A stretch of 59,067 nt of DNA, counting the filler, from Platydemus manokwari (lineage: Eukaryota), in the NCBI GenBank assembly GCA_037951405.1. It is 5 parts of 5 records of this genome, joined end to end, with 100 filler letters (N's around TTAATTAATTAA, not from the genome) between each part and the next. Parts side by side here need not be neighbours in the genome. Positions count along the whole stretch, not along the records: positions 35,788 to 47,760 come from JBBMOY010370001.1; positions 47,861 to 59,067 come from JBBMOY010836645.1; 3 more parts are not named here. One strand, 5' to 3'. This document shows positions 38,598 to 54,271 of the stretch, in pieces. Each line of letters begins with the position of its first letter. The first letter of the stretch is position 1. Position numbers and translations under genes: made by a program. The notes under the pieces were generated by a model that searched no databases, was not told where the DNA came from, and saw nothing but the letters and a program-made list of their open reading frames with translations.

Positions 38598-39403
38598 TCA
38601 CGATTATAACAAACCCAACTATTTAATAGAAATGTATTGATACATAGTACGAAAATTAGCAATCAATTCGAGTAATAATGTTTATTTGGTAAAATAATAA
38701 TATAATAATCTTTATTGTTGACATTTATGAAAAATGAAAACATGTCAAAGAATACATCCCATGTATGCAACATATAGCAATTTCTGATTTGATCACCTTG
38801 CTTATATGGCTTCTATTTTGTGGGTGTGATGATTAATTTTTAATTTTTCAGATTTGTAAGGTTATTTCTTATTTTGTCATGGTTATTTGAATTTATTTGA
38901 ATTTGAAATTAAATTTCTATTAAATTTCAATACTGGGTTTATGAACCCTTTGTTGGCTAAGTTCTTAGCTCTCTAGTAGCATCCTATTTAAGGCAGCAGT
39001 CACAATTACCACTGACACAGTATTGAAGACACATTTTCGGACAGACCAGATAGTTACCAAACTAATAGTTACAACAAGCGATCTATCTTCAAAATCAAGA
39101 AATTCGTTCCGTGTTGGGGATCAATATTTTACTGGAAGGCAATACAGGAAGATATATTTTATAAAATACTGATCAATACTATAGTTTTAACGTTTATCTA
39201 TCAAGCCGTCTCTTTATTATCGAGCTGTGTCTTTATTATCGAGCTGTGTCTCAAATTCTTGAGGTAACTAATTTTACTCCATGAGTGTGGGATCTATTAA
39301 CAATCACTTGTTCCAAGAAATTGTTAACATCCGTTACAATTTTTGATGTATATGTGTATTAAATAATTTGAATAAACTGGGACTGATAGTTGGAATATAT
39401 CAC

Positions 39404-39507
39404 TGTTGCCACACCTATTGTCCTAATACAATAAGGCTGTGCGAAGCTTTAATTAATAACTCATTAAGACTTATTAAGACAACTCTGATATCAAATAGAA
39501 ATAAGAT
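39404..39507 (+). repeat. dispersed repeat family B, copy 2
   Basis: Matches 11471-11598 with an internal deletion. Confidence 0.75.
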
Positions 39508-42500
39508 TAAAACATGCAATAAAATCGATAAGATCAGAATGGAACACACTGTTTTTTCTAATTAAAAGTAATTTTTACTATTATTATAGGTTTTTTATTA
39601 GTTTATATTTTTTATTTAATCTGAAACTCATTTGATGTTTTAATTCATCTTTTATAAAAAGATTTATTATTTCATCAAATGTTTCTTTATTATAAATTTC
39701 GGATTTGCTAAAAATTATTATATCCAAATTATTTAGATAATTTATTGTTCTCGTCAATAGGTTATAAAATTAAGCATTAACACATTTAACAGTGAAACAT
39801 AAAAATTGATTCATTCGTTGCAACAAAAAGAAATACAAGATTATACAATTGAACAGACTATTATTATAGTAATGTAACAAAAAATACGAATAATTTACGA
39901 ATAAGTTACTGTTACTAACAAAAAATAGATACATGATATTTTGATACATAATGTCACAATATCGTTGTTAAAGTCGTATTTTTTTGAAAACCATAACAAC
40001 AAATCCCGCATATCTTTTACCCGAAATCCAAGTATGGGCATTGCCTCGAACTCGTAAAAAACTGCAATTACAAAGCTGGTATTGCCGAATGAAATTCTCA
40101 AACACTTTTCCGAAAGACCGGACAATTGGCATATGACCTATGCTGGAATCAGCAAAACTAACCAGGAAAAGAAAACCGCCACCAAAGAAAGAAGGGAATT
40201 GCCCATAGGAACATTAACAATCACGGATATAACGGCAAAGGAGTGTGAGGAGATAATCGACTTCACAGAGAATTCAACCACGCAAATGATGGAATGTGTG
40301 CAGAAAATAAAAGAAAAACATTAATTCTAACAACTTTGTTGACATTTTTACAATTCGTGTGATATTTTGTCAATACGAGATGATCATGACAAATATTCTG
40401 ATTTCTTTCTCATGTAAAATTATTAAATTATTAATGTGGTAACATATTGTTATCGTTGCATGAATCAACTTAGTTTTTTTTCTGGACGGAAATTATAAAA
40501 TTATAAAAGGTGGGGGAGAAATTGTCAGAATAATGAATGAAACAACAAAATTGTAATTAACGAATTACGAAATAATGAAATAATTCATCAATTATGTGAT
40601 ATATTTTAAATGAATTAAATTTTTAATTCAAATTGAATTTCTCTTATATAAAATCATATTTATATAAAATTAAATTTATTTGTTTAAATATTCGTATTAT
40701 AATATATTTGTAGTGTCTTGACTCTTTAGTTCGTCTTTAATGTGTGGTTTTTAAAATAGTAGCGGCTAACAAAGTAAACAACGTGTTTTATGAAATCATA
40801 TGTTTCAAATTAAGATTACAATGAGAAACATTGAGAGAAAGTAACACTGAGAATAAGTATGGTTGAGAAAACAAAATCAATCTAGTAACATAAGTTTTCA
40901 GTTATGATAAAAATAATAAAAAATTCGACAACATACTAAGGTTCCATAGAAACCAATTAAATAGAAAACAACTAAATAAAATTAACTAATCAGTTACATC
41001 AAAATTCAGTATAAAGTAGAGAATAAAACAGACCAGAAACGCGCAAATAATTGTGGCAATACAAACTGAAAATTCTTCGCTTAATAGGATAATGAGTAAC
41101 TTTTATTAATTATCTGTAAGCATATTTAAATTTAATCTTAATTATGCCCTAAAGGAGATAGTTACTTCATAATAATCCAACTTCAGATTTCTCAAAGAAC
41201 TTTTGACTTATTTTAAAAATTCATATTTCTACAGAACTTCTTCTTTCACCAGAGTTGGGTGGCAAGACTGATTATTCAATTTCCTTCAAGTTATAACAGC
41301 GGTAATAATCTAAAATCACCAAAACCTACAATCTCTTACATTATTTTTGTATTTGTATTATTAATTAGAGAAATAAATCATATCAATAAAATTATCGTGC
41401 CAATTATTATTGATTTATACATAAATATATACTAGCTAAACTCGAATTTTAATATACACAACCTACTTCGACAATATGAAGAGTCGGGTATTGGTGGAAT
41501 TAACTGACCATGTGTCTACCCTCACATCTTATAAAGAAATTCATAAAATCACTAAATTCCGTTAGATAATTCGCAAATATTTTTTATTAAGTACAACGGA
41601 AACAAAAATGTGTTTATGTAATCTAATTAGATTGTAATTCATTTGTCGATCCTTGAAGTCTGCACAAGCTTTAGCAAAGCCCACTATTAGAGATAAAGAT
41701 AAACCATTCTTCGAGATATTGAATTATTAATTCGAAAATGTATCAATTTATTAGCGAGGTTCACAATGTTTATGAAGTGTTTCGAAAGGCTTTAAATATG
41801 AGGTTGTAGTGGTGATGAAGAACAGTGTTTCAGATCACAGCCTGAAATTTAAGGAATCTGGCACCGGGTCAAAAAACAAAAATATATTCAAATAAAGTAA
41901 GATATGATGCTTATAATAAAGATTAATGTACGATATCATGATTGGAAAAGTAAGTTAAAGTCCCTTTGTGGTAATATAAATTTATGTAATCTGTGCTTTA
42001 AAGGATAGAAAATATTGTAAATTAATGACAGGTAAAATAATTCCATTTTTAAGTTTAAAAAAGGCTGAGTTATTTTGACATAAGTAAAAAAATCATTGAT
42101 TTTACAAATAAAACAAGATGATTTCGCTGAGAAAACTTTATATCTTGATAAATTTAAGTTATTGTTTCTAAAAGACCATGAAAAAGATGATTTATCATTT
42201 TTAAATGTGATAAATGTTAATGAAAATTACAATGCTGTCACTTTCAAGTGATAGAAATCAAGTAAAATTGAGAACCTTAATAAATTTTTTGAATTAATCA
42301 ATCATTTCATCAAAAATTTTAGCTTCAAATCGATGTTTCAGAAACAGTTGTTTATTAATCACGAACAAAAATGTTGACGAAAATTTGAAAATGCAATACA
42401 AATTATTTATAAATATTATCCCCTTGCTAACAATTGACCTTTTCATGACATAAATGAATGTGTTAGTTTTCTAAACATTAGTTTTTTTCATAACAGTATA

Positions 42501-43011
42501 TATTGAATAGGTTATTTATGGTTTAAAGTAATACGAGAAATTTTAGCATTTCATGTTACTAAGAAAAGTCGTACACGACCACGTAACTGAATTTAACATG
42601 CAAATTTTCTTACATATAAAATCTGAATTAAATATACGACACAAATTATGATGTCATTTTTCCTGAACGATGATTGCCCAAATCAAAAACATTACACAAT
42701 TACATTATGGTGGGATTATTAAAATGTATATCAAATAGAATGAGTTTCTATATCATCGTTAACTGTTAAACAATTCAACTAATTTAAGAGGACAATTACG
42801 TTTTGAAAATAAACTATTTTTTCATGTTTGTCTAATCAAAAATTCTATAAATTAGAGATCCAAATTTACTCAAACGAAATTAAGAAATTGAAAAGAACCT
42901 TTATTATCATTGAATTGAATAAATTCACTATTGGGCATTGCTTTGCAACAGACTACAAAACTCCAAACGTTAATAATTATACTACAATTAAAAATCCAAT
43001 TTAATTAACAT

Positions 43012-44661
<1,650 letters not shown>

Positions 44662-47149
44662 ATTTAAAGGAAATATATGTTTCACTTTCAATCGAGTATA
44701 AATAACTTTTAATACATTATAACAAATGTTTTATTAGATTTTCAATAGTTTCATAGATTATATTTTTTATGAAATTAATAAAATCTGTCGATATCTAACA
44801 AAAATATTTTATAAATAATAATTTCCTAAAACAGGTATTAAATAAAACATGAACCACCGTATGAGTTTCATAAACATCATTAATTTTATATGTGATGACG
44901 TAAATTTTGAAATGGTGCAATTATTGATTAAATTTCATAATTAAATTACAAATGGAACTTTTATAAAAGGGCTTGAGCAAACTTTTGATTTATTATTTAA
45001 AACATCAATAATTTATTTTACAGTGATTAAAAATTCCTAAAACCTTTTTGTTATGTAATCAAAAGTATCATAATTCTAATTTGGTTTAAGTTTGAATCGG
45101 TTAAATTCGAAGACTTAAAATAAATAATGAGATTAGTTTTGATTATCTTATTTTATCGTGAAAATAAAGAAATCTTTCTAAAGTTTTGTTTTTTAAAAAC
45201 TTATTAGTCAGTGAAAAAGTTTATACAATTTTGTTGGTAGTTGTTCACCATGTTTTAGAATAAAAAAACTTATATTCTAAATTAAAACCCCTACTTATCA
45301 AAGATAATATCGTATTTCTTACTTATTAGGATGAAAAAATTTATTTTTATGATTTAAAAATAGAGAGACGTGAGAAAGTTAAATGACCCAAAATTTCTTA
45401 CATATATATTCACAGTCTTGAGAGACAATTATATTTGATCGATCATTGTCAGTTTTCATCAATATGCTACTGACTGAATGTAACACTTGAGCCTGTTAAT
45501 CCATAAAGTCAACCGAAGAATTTTAAAAATATTTATATCTCTTAAAACTTTTCTAATTTTTATAAAACACAATCTTAAAATCTGTAGAAATTTTAAATAT
45601 TTTCTTCTACATATTCTAATGAAAATAGGGAGTCAATTTGACATCTGTTCAGCCTCGATTATATGAAAAATTTTTTTTAATATCTCAGAAATTGTGTAAA
45701 TAATATAAAAAATCTTGATATGAAATCTCTTTCACATTCATTTCCTCTTCAATCAAATAATAAAATCAACAAAAAACAGTTAAATGAAATCTAAACATTT
45801 TGCCTTGTAAATGAATCTATTTCGTCAGCAACTCAAACAATCATTAATTAAGTCGATTACACGAATTTCAGTAAACCAGGAGCATCATTTTATCCTAAGA
45901 ACTCAAATATTATATCGATACATCGTCTCGATTTTTCTTTTTCGAAGGGAAATGAAAGCCGAAAATATATTTATTTAATGGTAAAGGAAATTGTTCTTTT
46001 TTAATTCACGAATTTAGTAAGAAACAAGCTTTCTTTAACATTTCCATATGTTGTTTGCAACATGCCAAATATCGGAACATTATAGACGATCAGTTATAGG
46101 TACAATAACCCTTAAATAACTTTTATTATAGACATGGATAAGCATTTTGACAACCAAGACATTCCTCTATATCATTTCTCAATCAGGGTTCATTTTTAAA
46201 GTTAAAAATGTGCTACGATTAAGTTGTAATGCAGAGTGCTTGAATGATATTTCATTCCAAGTGGGGCTATTATTTTGAGATTCTGTGACATTATTACCGA
46301 CAATATCACTTATGCAGACGATTACTATTAATGAAGACATATATAAGCTTTTAGAAGTGAATTACAATCGACACATGGAATCATATACAGATATTCGTGA
46401 TTGAGAGCAAAGAATAAATATTGGGGCTAAAGTGAAGAAAAGGGATTTCAAAAAACTATATAGTCAATTAAAACATTTAGAATTTTTTTATTTAGGTATT
46501 AATGAAGAATTTTAGTAGTTTGAAACCAAATGTTAAATAAACTAGAGACTTAGAACATAGTAAATATCGATTATTTGAAAAAGAAATCTAAGTAGGTCAA
46601 ATTCCAATTTATTGAAAATTAGGGAGGGTGTGTTTTATTGTTCGTAGTAAAATGCTCTAAATGTATATAAGTTTTATATAAGAATGGCCAGTAATTATTA
46701 AACACGTCAAGGGTTTACTACGTTGATTTCTGAACATAAAAATTTACATTTACGATATGAAAATCATTCTGCTTTGTCCTTTTTCGACATGCCAAGTAGT
46801 ATCTTGTCAACTGATCTCAATAAATAAATCAAACATCACAAAATGATTTTAAAAAATGTCATATATATATCACGAATTGAGCTTATTTCTATGGCATTTG
46901 ATATTCCTAGATTCAAATATTACAAGATATAACATAAATTATCATTTGAAGTATTAGTTTATATGTAATTGAAAGTGGGTAAGGTCGGATCATTGTTAAC
47001 CATTCAAATTGCTTCATCATTTACAAATTAAAATCATGAAATTAATTCCTAGGTAAAAATTCACCAGAATAAAATAACCTCTTTTCTTAAGGTAAACTGA
47101 AAAATTAATAAACGATATTTTTGAATAATCGTTGACACTTCCGTCAGCA

Positions 47150-47580
47150 ATATCGTTTTGAATATTGATAATTTTTGTCGTTTCTAGAACTGCATTTGAA
47201 ACATTAAAGTCTTCAGATATGATTAAGTTAGGACATGATTTGTTGTTGTTGGTAATTTTTAAAAAATAATTTAAAGGAGAATCGATACTGGCTGAATATT
47301 GTAAGTTTACCATAAGCGCTCATAATACAACACTATTAATATCTTAAATGAAGTTTCAGAACTTTGACTCAAAACATTGAAAGGATTCAGAGTTCCGGTT
47401 AAATGGTAGAAAAGTGTGAGAAAGAGATATTAATGAGATTCTTTTTGTACCTTAGTTATCGTCAAGCAAAATCTTAATAATTCCCATCGGACTGATGGAA
47501 ATACGACATAAGAACCAATTCTAGTGATCAGATTAACTTTTGTTTCTGGTGGGCTGATTGAAGAAATTTCGAAGTAATTA
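47150..47580 (-). mobile_element. possible LINE apurinic-endonuclease relic
   Basis: CPNLIISEDFNVSN resembles the LIIxGDFN motif of CR1/Jockey-type endonucleases; otherwise degenerate. Confidence 0.35.
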
Positions 47581-47695
47581 CAAAATTATTTATTTCAGTG
47601 TGTTGCATAATTTATAAATTAATTTATATAATTATTAAGTAAATATTATAATTATTTTAATAATTATTATATATAAAATTATTTTTGAATAATAT

Positions 47696-47697
47696 TA

Positions 47698-47733
<36 letters not shown>

Positions 47734-47760
47734 TAATAATAATAATAATAATAATAATAA
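47696..47760. repeat. (AAT)n microsatellite at contig end
   Basis: Directly visible. Confidence 0.95.
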
Positions 47761-47860
47761 NNNNNNNNNNNNNNNNNNNNNNNNNNNNNNNNNNNNNNNN
47801 NNNNTTAATTAATTAANNNNNNNNNNNNNNNNNNNNNNNNNNNNNNNNNNNNNNNNNNNN
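47761..47860. other. assembly linker
   Basis: N44-TTAATTAATTAA-N44. Confidence 0.97.
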
Positions 47861-48099
47861 ATGCTTCAATTATTATTTCTGTTTATTTATTAAATGAAGC
47901 ATTTGCTTCTGTACCTTTTAAAATAAATCAGAAGAACAATATTTAGATTGACGATTTGAACATCAATAATAATAATGTTATGTTATAATTTATTAATACT
48001 ATTATTATTACAATTATTATAACATTAATAATAATACTAGGATTGATAATTATAATATTAATAATAATAAGTTTACACTTTATGAAATATTTTTTTTAG

Positions 48100-49098
48100 A
48101 TTCAATGGAAAAGAGTGATCAATCATGTTTTTAAAAATTTGGTTGAAAAAGAAATTGAAGACACTGATGTAGTGATCGTGTTCTCTATGATATATATCGA
48201 AAATATGTGTCAAATTGTTAAAGAATATGAAATGAACAAGAAACAACAGTGTGTTTCAATTTTACTTATATTTTGATAATGTAATATTTACAGGGTATTG
48301 TGGTATGATCTTCAATGGGCAGTTTTGAATTCGTTAGTGCCCTTTGGTTCTGAAGACCTTGTGAATCTTCATACCCAACTTCAAAATAAAAACTCAAGTA
48401 TTAAAAACATTCTGTACATTTCTCGAGTATGCAAAAATATGCACTTTTAAAAATAAATTAAAAATTCTTAATGAATATTCTTTAAAAATTCTAAAAGAAA
48501 ATCACGGATGATTTACTTGAGTTAAAAATCGAATTTAATAGAAAGTTCTGGAACAATTTTCTTGAATGAATCAATTTAATATTCTTGCGATGACATTGTT
48601 ATTCTTGTTAAAACCTCCTTGATGGAAATCAAGATTTGTGTTTTGTGTCAATATTTTTTATTGATTAGGTCGGTTTGAAGCCAAGTTGTAGAATTTTTTC
48701 TTTTGCTATGTTTTACAAAGGTTCACAAGTGCTTGCGCCGTACTTATTTGCACGTCTTATTATATACATGTTGCAATGTTCAATTTGGTGAGACATCAAC
48801 TATTGAAATAAAGGCATTTTGTATAAAGCATTTAATTAAATTATAATAATTATTATAATTATGCTAATAATATTGAAGAGGAACACAAGTTTCTGTATAA
48901 TTTAAGGAGATGCTTATTTTGATTTTATTTATTTTAGAAATAATTGGCAAAGAAGAATTATCAACAACATGCTTTAACATATTGACAAAAGAACTTATCG
49001 ATATAATGGGCCACATGTATATCCAAAAGTATTTCACAGTTTCAGAAAAAAAAGATGTTAGTTCTTTTACTTGTACTTTTTCATCATTATCAAAATGA
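48100..49098 (+). CDS. possible multi-exon gene or pseudogene of unknown function
   Basis: Coding-like blocks separated by short AT-rich GT..AG segments, e.g. VLWYDLQWAVLNSLVPFGSEDLVNLHTQLQNKNSSIKNILYISR then GTATG; no family recognised. Confidence 0.3.
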
Positions 49099-49169
49099 AA
49101 ATATTAATATATCCTCTATGTAAACTATTGCGCTTTTATCTCTCATACCTATCAATACTCTTGTAATGT

Positions 49170-50640
49170 TTTCTTGAAAAGCACCAAGTGCACATGCAAT
49201 TTCAAAAAGCATACTTTTAAAATAGTATTGAGCATATTTGTGTTTCTTCTATCTTTACATGCTAGCATGTATTACCTAAGTCAATAAATGTAAAGCACTT
49301 AGAACCGGGTAATGTATCTAGCATCTCTTAAAAATTAGGGTACTGGAAATGATTGCCTTTCTGTTTTTAAATTTAATTCTATGAAATCTAATATTATAAT
49401 AATCTAACATATTTTCTTTTTATTTTCCAAATGCACAAATCAGTGAGTTACCCTTAATAATGATGTTACTCTCCCACACATATGGCTTTATTTATCTTTT
49501 CTTCTAAATTCACCGGTTGTCTTCAAGTATGGATATTTATTAGATTACCATTCGTTACAATTTTGTTTTTCACAATAATGTTACTCTCCCACACATATTG
49601 CTTTATTAATCTTTTCTTCTAAATTCACCGGTTGTCACTAATTTTGTATAACCTATATCCCAATGATCTGCCATGAATACACTCTTGGTTTTACCAATAA
49701 TCATATATAATTGATATTCTTCCTTTTGTTTCAGTCATTCTGTAGTTTTCTTAAATCTGTCTTCACGAGTAGTATTCCTTCCAAAATTAGCTGTAATCTC
49801 ACAACTGGAATTATGTCTGTCTTTATCTTCTTCCATGTATTTAAAAAATTCTTATTGCAGTGTAGCTTTATTCAAAATATTCAATATCTTAAAAATGGCT
49901 ATGCTTGCTTCTGTATCTAAGAAACAATCAAATTCTTCATTTTGAATTATAAACATTATGCTTAGTTTCCCTTGTATTCGATCATACGAAATATTTGAAA
50001 TTAATACGATACTTAATGTGGTTTTCATTCTCTGGTTCGACTGTTTCTTGGTATACTTCTTCATTTTCCATTCCTTTAATTAGAAGTTCTTACAACATCC
50101 GTAAATGTACTTTGTTTCTTGTTAATGACCTGACTTCATTGGTTACTTTCTTGTTATTTCTGTCTGTAGCGTGTATGTCTTTCCAAGTTAATATAACATT
50201 CTTTTTCATAATGTCGTCGATATTGACAAATCATAGCTTCTATTCTCCTTAGCTGATCCTTTTGCTAATGATTGGTTTTCATTTTCTTATTTGACCATCA
50301 AATGCAACAGCTTTGATATTTTTTAAATTTTCAAGACGTTATCGAGATTTTAATTTAGTATTTCAACGATTTCCTGTATTTTTATTTCTCTCTTCAACAT
50401 CACATCCTCTAAAAAATGAACTACAAGGAATACGATCAGATCTTCTTTGGCCGTCTTATTTTACATAATTTCATCCGACAATTGTTCAAATTTTATCAAA
50501 GAAACCTTCGGCGGATTCTAATACCCTTCGATACTGAAGGGCTCTAAACAAGACTTATGCTAACAATCTTCCTGGACCAAAGGTCTTTCGCATTCTTTGT
50601 GGTCTAGGTCTATCTCGTGTTGAGCGATAACGCATTAATA
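49170..50640 (-). mobile_element. second, strongly degenerate Ty3/gypsy relic (gag-like, protease and RT fragments)
   Basis: Protease-like EEFDCFLDTEAS (ORF 49852-50064); RT-like QSFPVP..MLDTLPGSKCFTFIDLGN..EIACALGAFQE near 49360-49175; internal 59-bp direct duplication 49463-49521 and 49578-49636. Confidence 0.6.
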
Positions 50641-51033
50641 AAATAGGGCAATTCCAACCAGATTGATTGAAATCAGTTCAAATTAAATCTTAAATAGTTT
50701 AATAAATAATAAAAATATTATTTGGTATTTAACAATTATAATTCAAATCATTTCTCACAGAAACAAAATAAAAATTTATAGAAATCTAAATGGGTAGTGA
50801 TAATTCTGAAAAATATAAAATCAATTATTAAAAATTGATTTTGTTATTCAAATTTGTGTAAAATTATTTTTCCAGAATTGAGATTATAATCAGGAATTTC
50901 TGCATGCCAAAAGGACCCGATATAATTCCTATAACTAAAAACTAATAACCTAAAACAATTTCAATTACATGTAAATAGTTCTAAGCCTTTTCAAATGAAA
51001 ACTGACAATAGATAATTTTCATTAAATATAAAA

Positions 51034-51132
51034 AGTAAAAAGACAAGTCATTTGTATCAATATTTTATTCTATTTTAAAATTAAACCGTTTGTTTTTTAA
51101 TATTAAAACAAATCTCATTTTTTTAACTAACG
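51034..51132 (-). repeat. 3' LTR (99 bp)
   Basis: Ungapped match to 54173-54271 with about 12 mismatches by eye; preceded on the minus strand by the purine tract GGAGAAGGA (51141-51133). Confidence 0.9.
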
Positions 51133-54100
51133 TCCTTCTCCAGTTGTTTTTGAGATCGTTTTTAGCCACTCAATTTTTCGAGGTTTTGACTATCCTCTGG
51201 AAATTAAGAAGAACTTAATATGGACTTAAAAATTTCATAATTCTGTGAGGCTCTCCATATCGATCTCCGTTCTTCTTTATCCTACATGATTCTTTCTTCA
51301 ATAAAACTTCATCTCCAACTGTGATAATTCTACAACCTCTTTTCTTAGCATCGAATTTCTTTGAGTTTGTGGTTATTGATATTATTTCTCTAAACTGTTA
51401 AAATATTTGCTTTTCTTGACCACTGAATTTCCTTCTGCTTCTGTTTTCCCTCACGATTTTCAAATGGAACCAACGACAGTATTTTCTTGTTGGATCTTTC
51501 TCAGTTTGTCATTATTTGTCATTGAATGCTCGACAGCATTAATAAATCGAGCTTTTGGTTTACCTTCGTTAGCTCCCTGGTATTGAGTTAAGCATTGTGA
51601 ACAAAATGTTTCGCCTATCCTTGAGAGTCCATCTGCATTTCCATGATCTCATCCTTTCCGATATTGAAGTTCAAAATTGAATCCGGATAAGTTTTCAAAC
51701 CATGTTTGAAACTGAGGGCTAATCGGTTTGTTAGTTTTCTTCATGTATGTCAAGGCTTTGTGATCGGTACGAGTCATAAATTTTTTTCCAACAGATGATG
51801 CTTAAAATGCATAGTAAACTCGTGGATTTTCGAAAGCTCTTTCTTTGTGACGCAATAACCTTTTCATGGCTGCTAAGAGTTCTAGAACTATAGGCTACTA
51901 CTCTCTCTTTTCCATTGTCATCCAGCTGTCTTAAAACTCCTCCAATTGCTCCGAAACTAGCGTCGGAGTCTAAAATAATCTCTTTGTTTGGATCAGAAAA
52001 GGCCAAAATCGGAGCTGTGCATAATTATTCCTTAAATATTCAAAAACCTTCCTCACACTCTTTACTCCACTCCAATTTCTCGTCACTTCCAGTCATCATC
52101 GCATATAACAGAGCCGTAATTAATACGTAATTCTTAATAAATCTACTGTAATAATTACATAATAATAAGAACGACCTCAACTAAGTGATGTAACCAAGTT
52201 TAATTGCTTTCTTAATCTGCTTTATTTTATCTTCGTTAGTTTTTATACCTTCTTCTCTGACCGTATGGCCCAAGAAATTCAATTTTCTAGTGCCAAAAGT
52301 GCATTTGTCGGGATTGATTTTCAAACCTAATGATTTAATTAACCTGAATACCTTGTCCGATTTCTCAGTGTGTTCCTTTACCGTACTTCCATACAATAAA
52401 ATATCATTCAGATAAACAAGACCGTCCTTGTAAATAAAGTCCTTGAAAATAGTATTCATTGGACTCTGAAACGTTGCTGGCGCGGTACATAATCGAAAAG
52501 CTAGTCTGTTAAAACATAACTGCCCAGTTCTAGTGCTGAACGCCGTTTTCATTTTAGAATCTTCCTCAAGTTCAACCTTATAATATGCTTGGCCTAAATC
52601 TATCGTGAAGGAAACTGTCGCTCCATGCACTGAGTCCAATAACGTTTGAATGTCAGGTACTGGAAAAGAAAACTTCTTAGTCTGTTCGTTTAATTTTCTG
52701 AAGTTTAAAAATATCCTGATCGATTCATCTTTCTTAGGAACCACAACCAAAGCAGAGTTCTAAGGGCTCTTGCAAGACATTATGACATTACTTTCCAGAA
52801 GATTTTCAATATATTCTTGAATTTTGGTTTCTAAATTTGTTGGTTGCCTTCTGGGATTTTGAGCAATAGGTTCATCTTTTGTACGGATTTCGAGCTTCAA
52901 CAAATTTGTTAATCTCAAATCGAATCGAGAAGCCGTAAAAATCGAGCCATTTATTTTTATACACCTATTCAATGAAATATCATTCTGGTCAGCACTACAT
53001 TTCAGTATCATTTCGATTCTGTCTTTGTCACTTTATTTCTTTCCCGCATCAATTGATTTTATCCCTGCAAGGAATATTCCACAAGTCTTCATCATATCAA
53101 CCCCTTCGATAAATCCTGGTGAAATTTCTTTTACTACAATGATCTCCTTTACCAGAATATTGTTGTTCCAAACTATTGGGATCCTTATTTTCTCTAGACA
53201 CGATTTGTGTCTATTGGAGAATACACCAGCCAATCGAACGTCAGAATTTTTAATCTGCTGTTCTCAAATGCGCCTCCAATTACTGTCGTTAATTACTGTT
53301 ATTGATGCACCAAAATCCAATAACATTTCAATATGTGTACCGTTGCACTCAATTTTACTCCACTGTCTACCATCTGCTTTCTCATACATCTGTGAATGCT
53401 TTCTCTTCCTCTTGTCGTCTTGCTTCTTTACTTCTATTCTATCTCTAGCTGTTATATGTTCTATTGAGTCAACTGCACTGACTAGATATGCACTGGAGGT
53501 TGATTTCAGTTTTTCTTGTCTTCCATGGAGAGTGAGCTTACACAATCACTTGCTTCACTTTCAGTTTGAATATCCGTTTCATCTTCTTCGTCAGTGATGC
53601 ACAATATTCTCATCGGACTATTTTTAATAGGCTTTCTGACTAAATGACATTCTCTGCCCTTCTTTACCGCATATCAAACATTTATTCCGCAGTGGACATT
53701 TAAACTTCCGGTGTTTAAGCTCACCACAGCAAAAACAAGCACCTGGTTTCAAATAATCACCACGTGGTGTGGGTTTTCCTCTACAATCATTGTAGAATTT
53801 AGAAGCAATAGCCTTCATTGATCTTGTTGGTCTCTCATTGTTTTGAGATTCAGTGCAATTAACTGATGCTCGATGATATTCTTTTACACCAAATTCTCTT
53901 TCCTGCACAATTGGACTTGGCTTTTTGAACGATGTCTCCTTCTGCAAGGTCTTTCTTGGTTCACTTTGAAATACCGATGACAGTTGCATTTGATTAAAGA
54001 TCGCGAAACCTTTGGGATTTAGAACCATTTCTCATCGCCTTGGATTGATGAATCGAAGAATGATGGTTTCGGAATAAATAACTTCTGCGTTTTTTTATGG

Positions 54101-54162
54101 CAGATTCGCAAAAATTTTCTGCCTCTCTTCTCGTTTGGCTCTAGTAAGAGCGTTAATTTCGG

Positions 54163-54173
54163 CGTGGTCGCCA
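54163..54173 (-). promoter_or_regulatory. primer-binding site TGGCGACCACG
   Basis: Starts at the last base of the 5' LTR; TGG is complementary to tRNA 3'-CCA; cognate tRNA possibly Arg (inference). Confidence 0.8.
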
Positions 54174-54271
54174 GTAAAAAGATAAGTCGATTGCATAAAT
54201 ATTTTATTCTATTTCAAAATTACACCGCTCGTTTTTTAATATTAAAACAAATCTCATTTTTTTATTTAACT
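54173..54271 (-). repeat. 5' LTR (99 bp, termini AGT...ACT)
   Basis: AGTTAAATAAAAAAATGAGATTTG...GACTTATCTTTTTACT, contains AATAAA. Confidence 0.9.

Larger units (their letters stand above)
51034..54271 (-). mobile_element. Ty3/gypsy LTR retrotransposon, degenerate, integrase core apparently deleted, 3.24 kb
   Basis: Order gag (CFCCGELKHRKFKC..CLICGKEGQ zinc knuckles), protease (LLDFGAS), RT (VVVPKKDESIR..IDLGQAYY..KTAF..APATFQ..VYLNDIL), RNase H (LDSDASFGAIGGVL..HGNADGLSR); many stops and frameshifts; paired LTRs, PBS and PPT. Confidence 0.95.

Noticed and set aside
39211-39248. 19-bp tandem duplication as a CRISPR-like or satellite array
   Set aside because: Only two adjacent units with no spacer; a simple slippage duplication
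40030-40324. Possible LINE C-terminal zinc-knuckle remnant
   Set aside because: Only partial Cys spacing, too weak to call
53025-53597. 190-aa plus-strand ORF, and similar short ORFs at 13949, 14950, 19880, 20435 and 23590
   Set aside because: Antisense shadows of real minus-strand coding sequence
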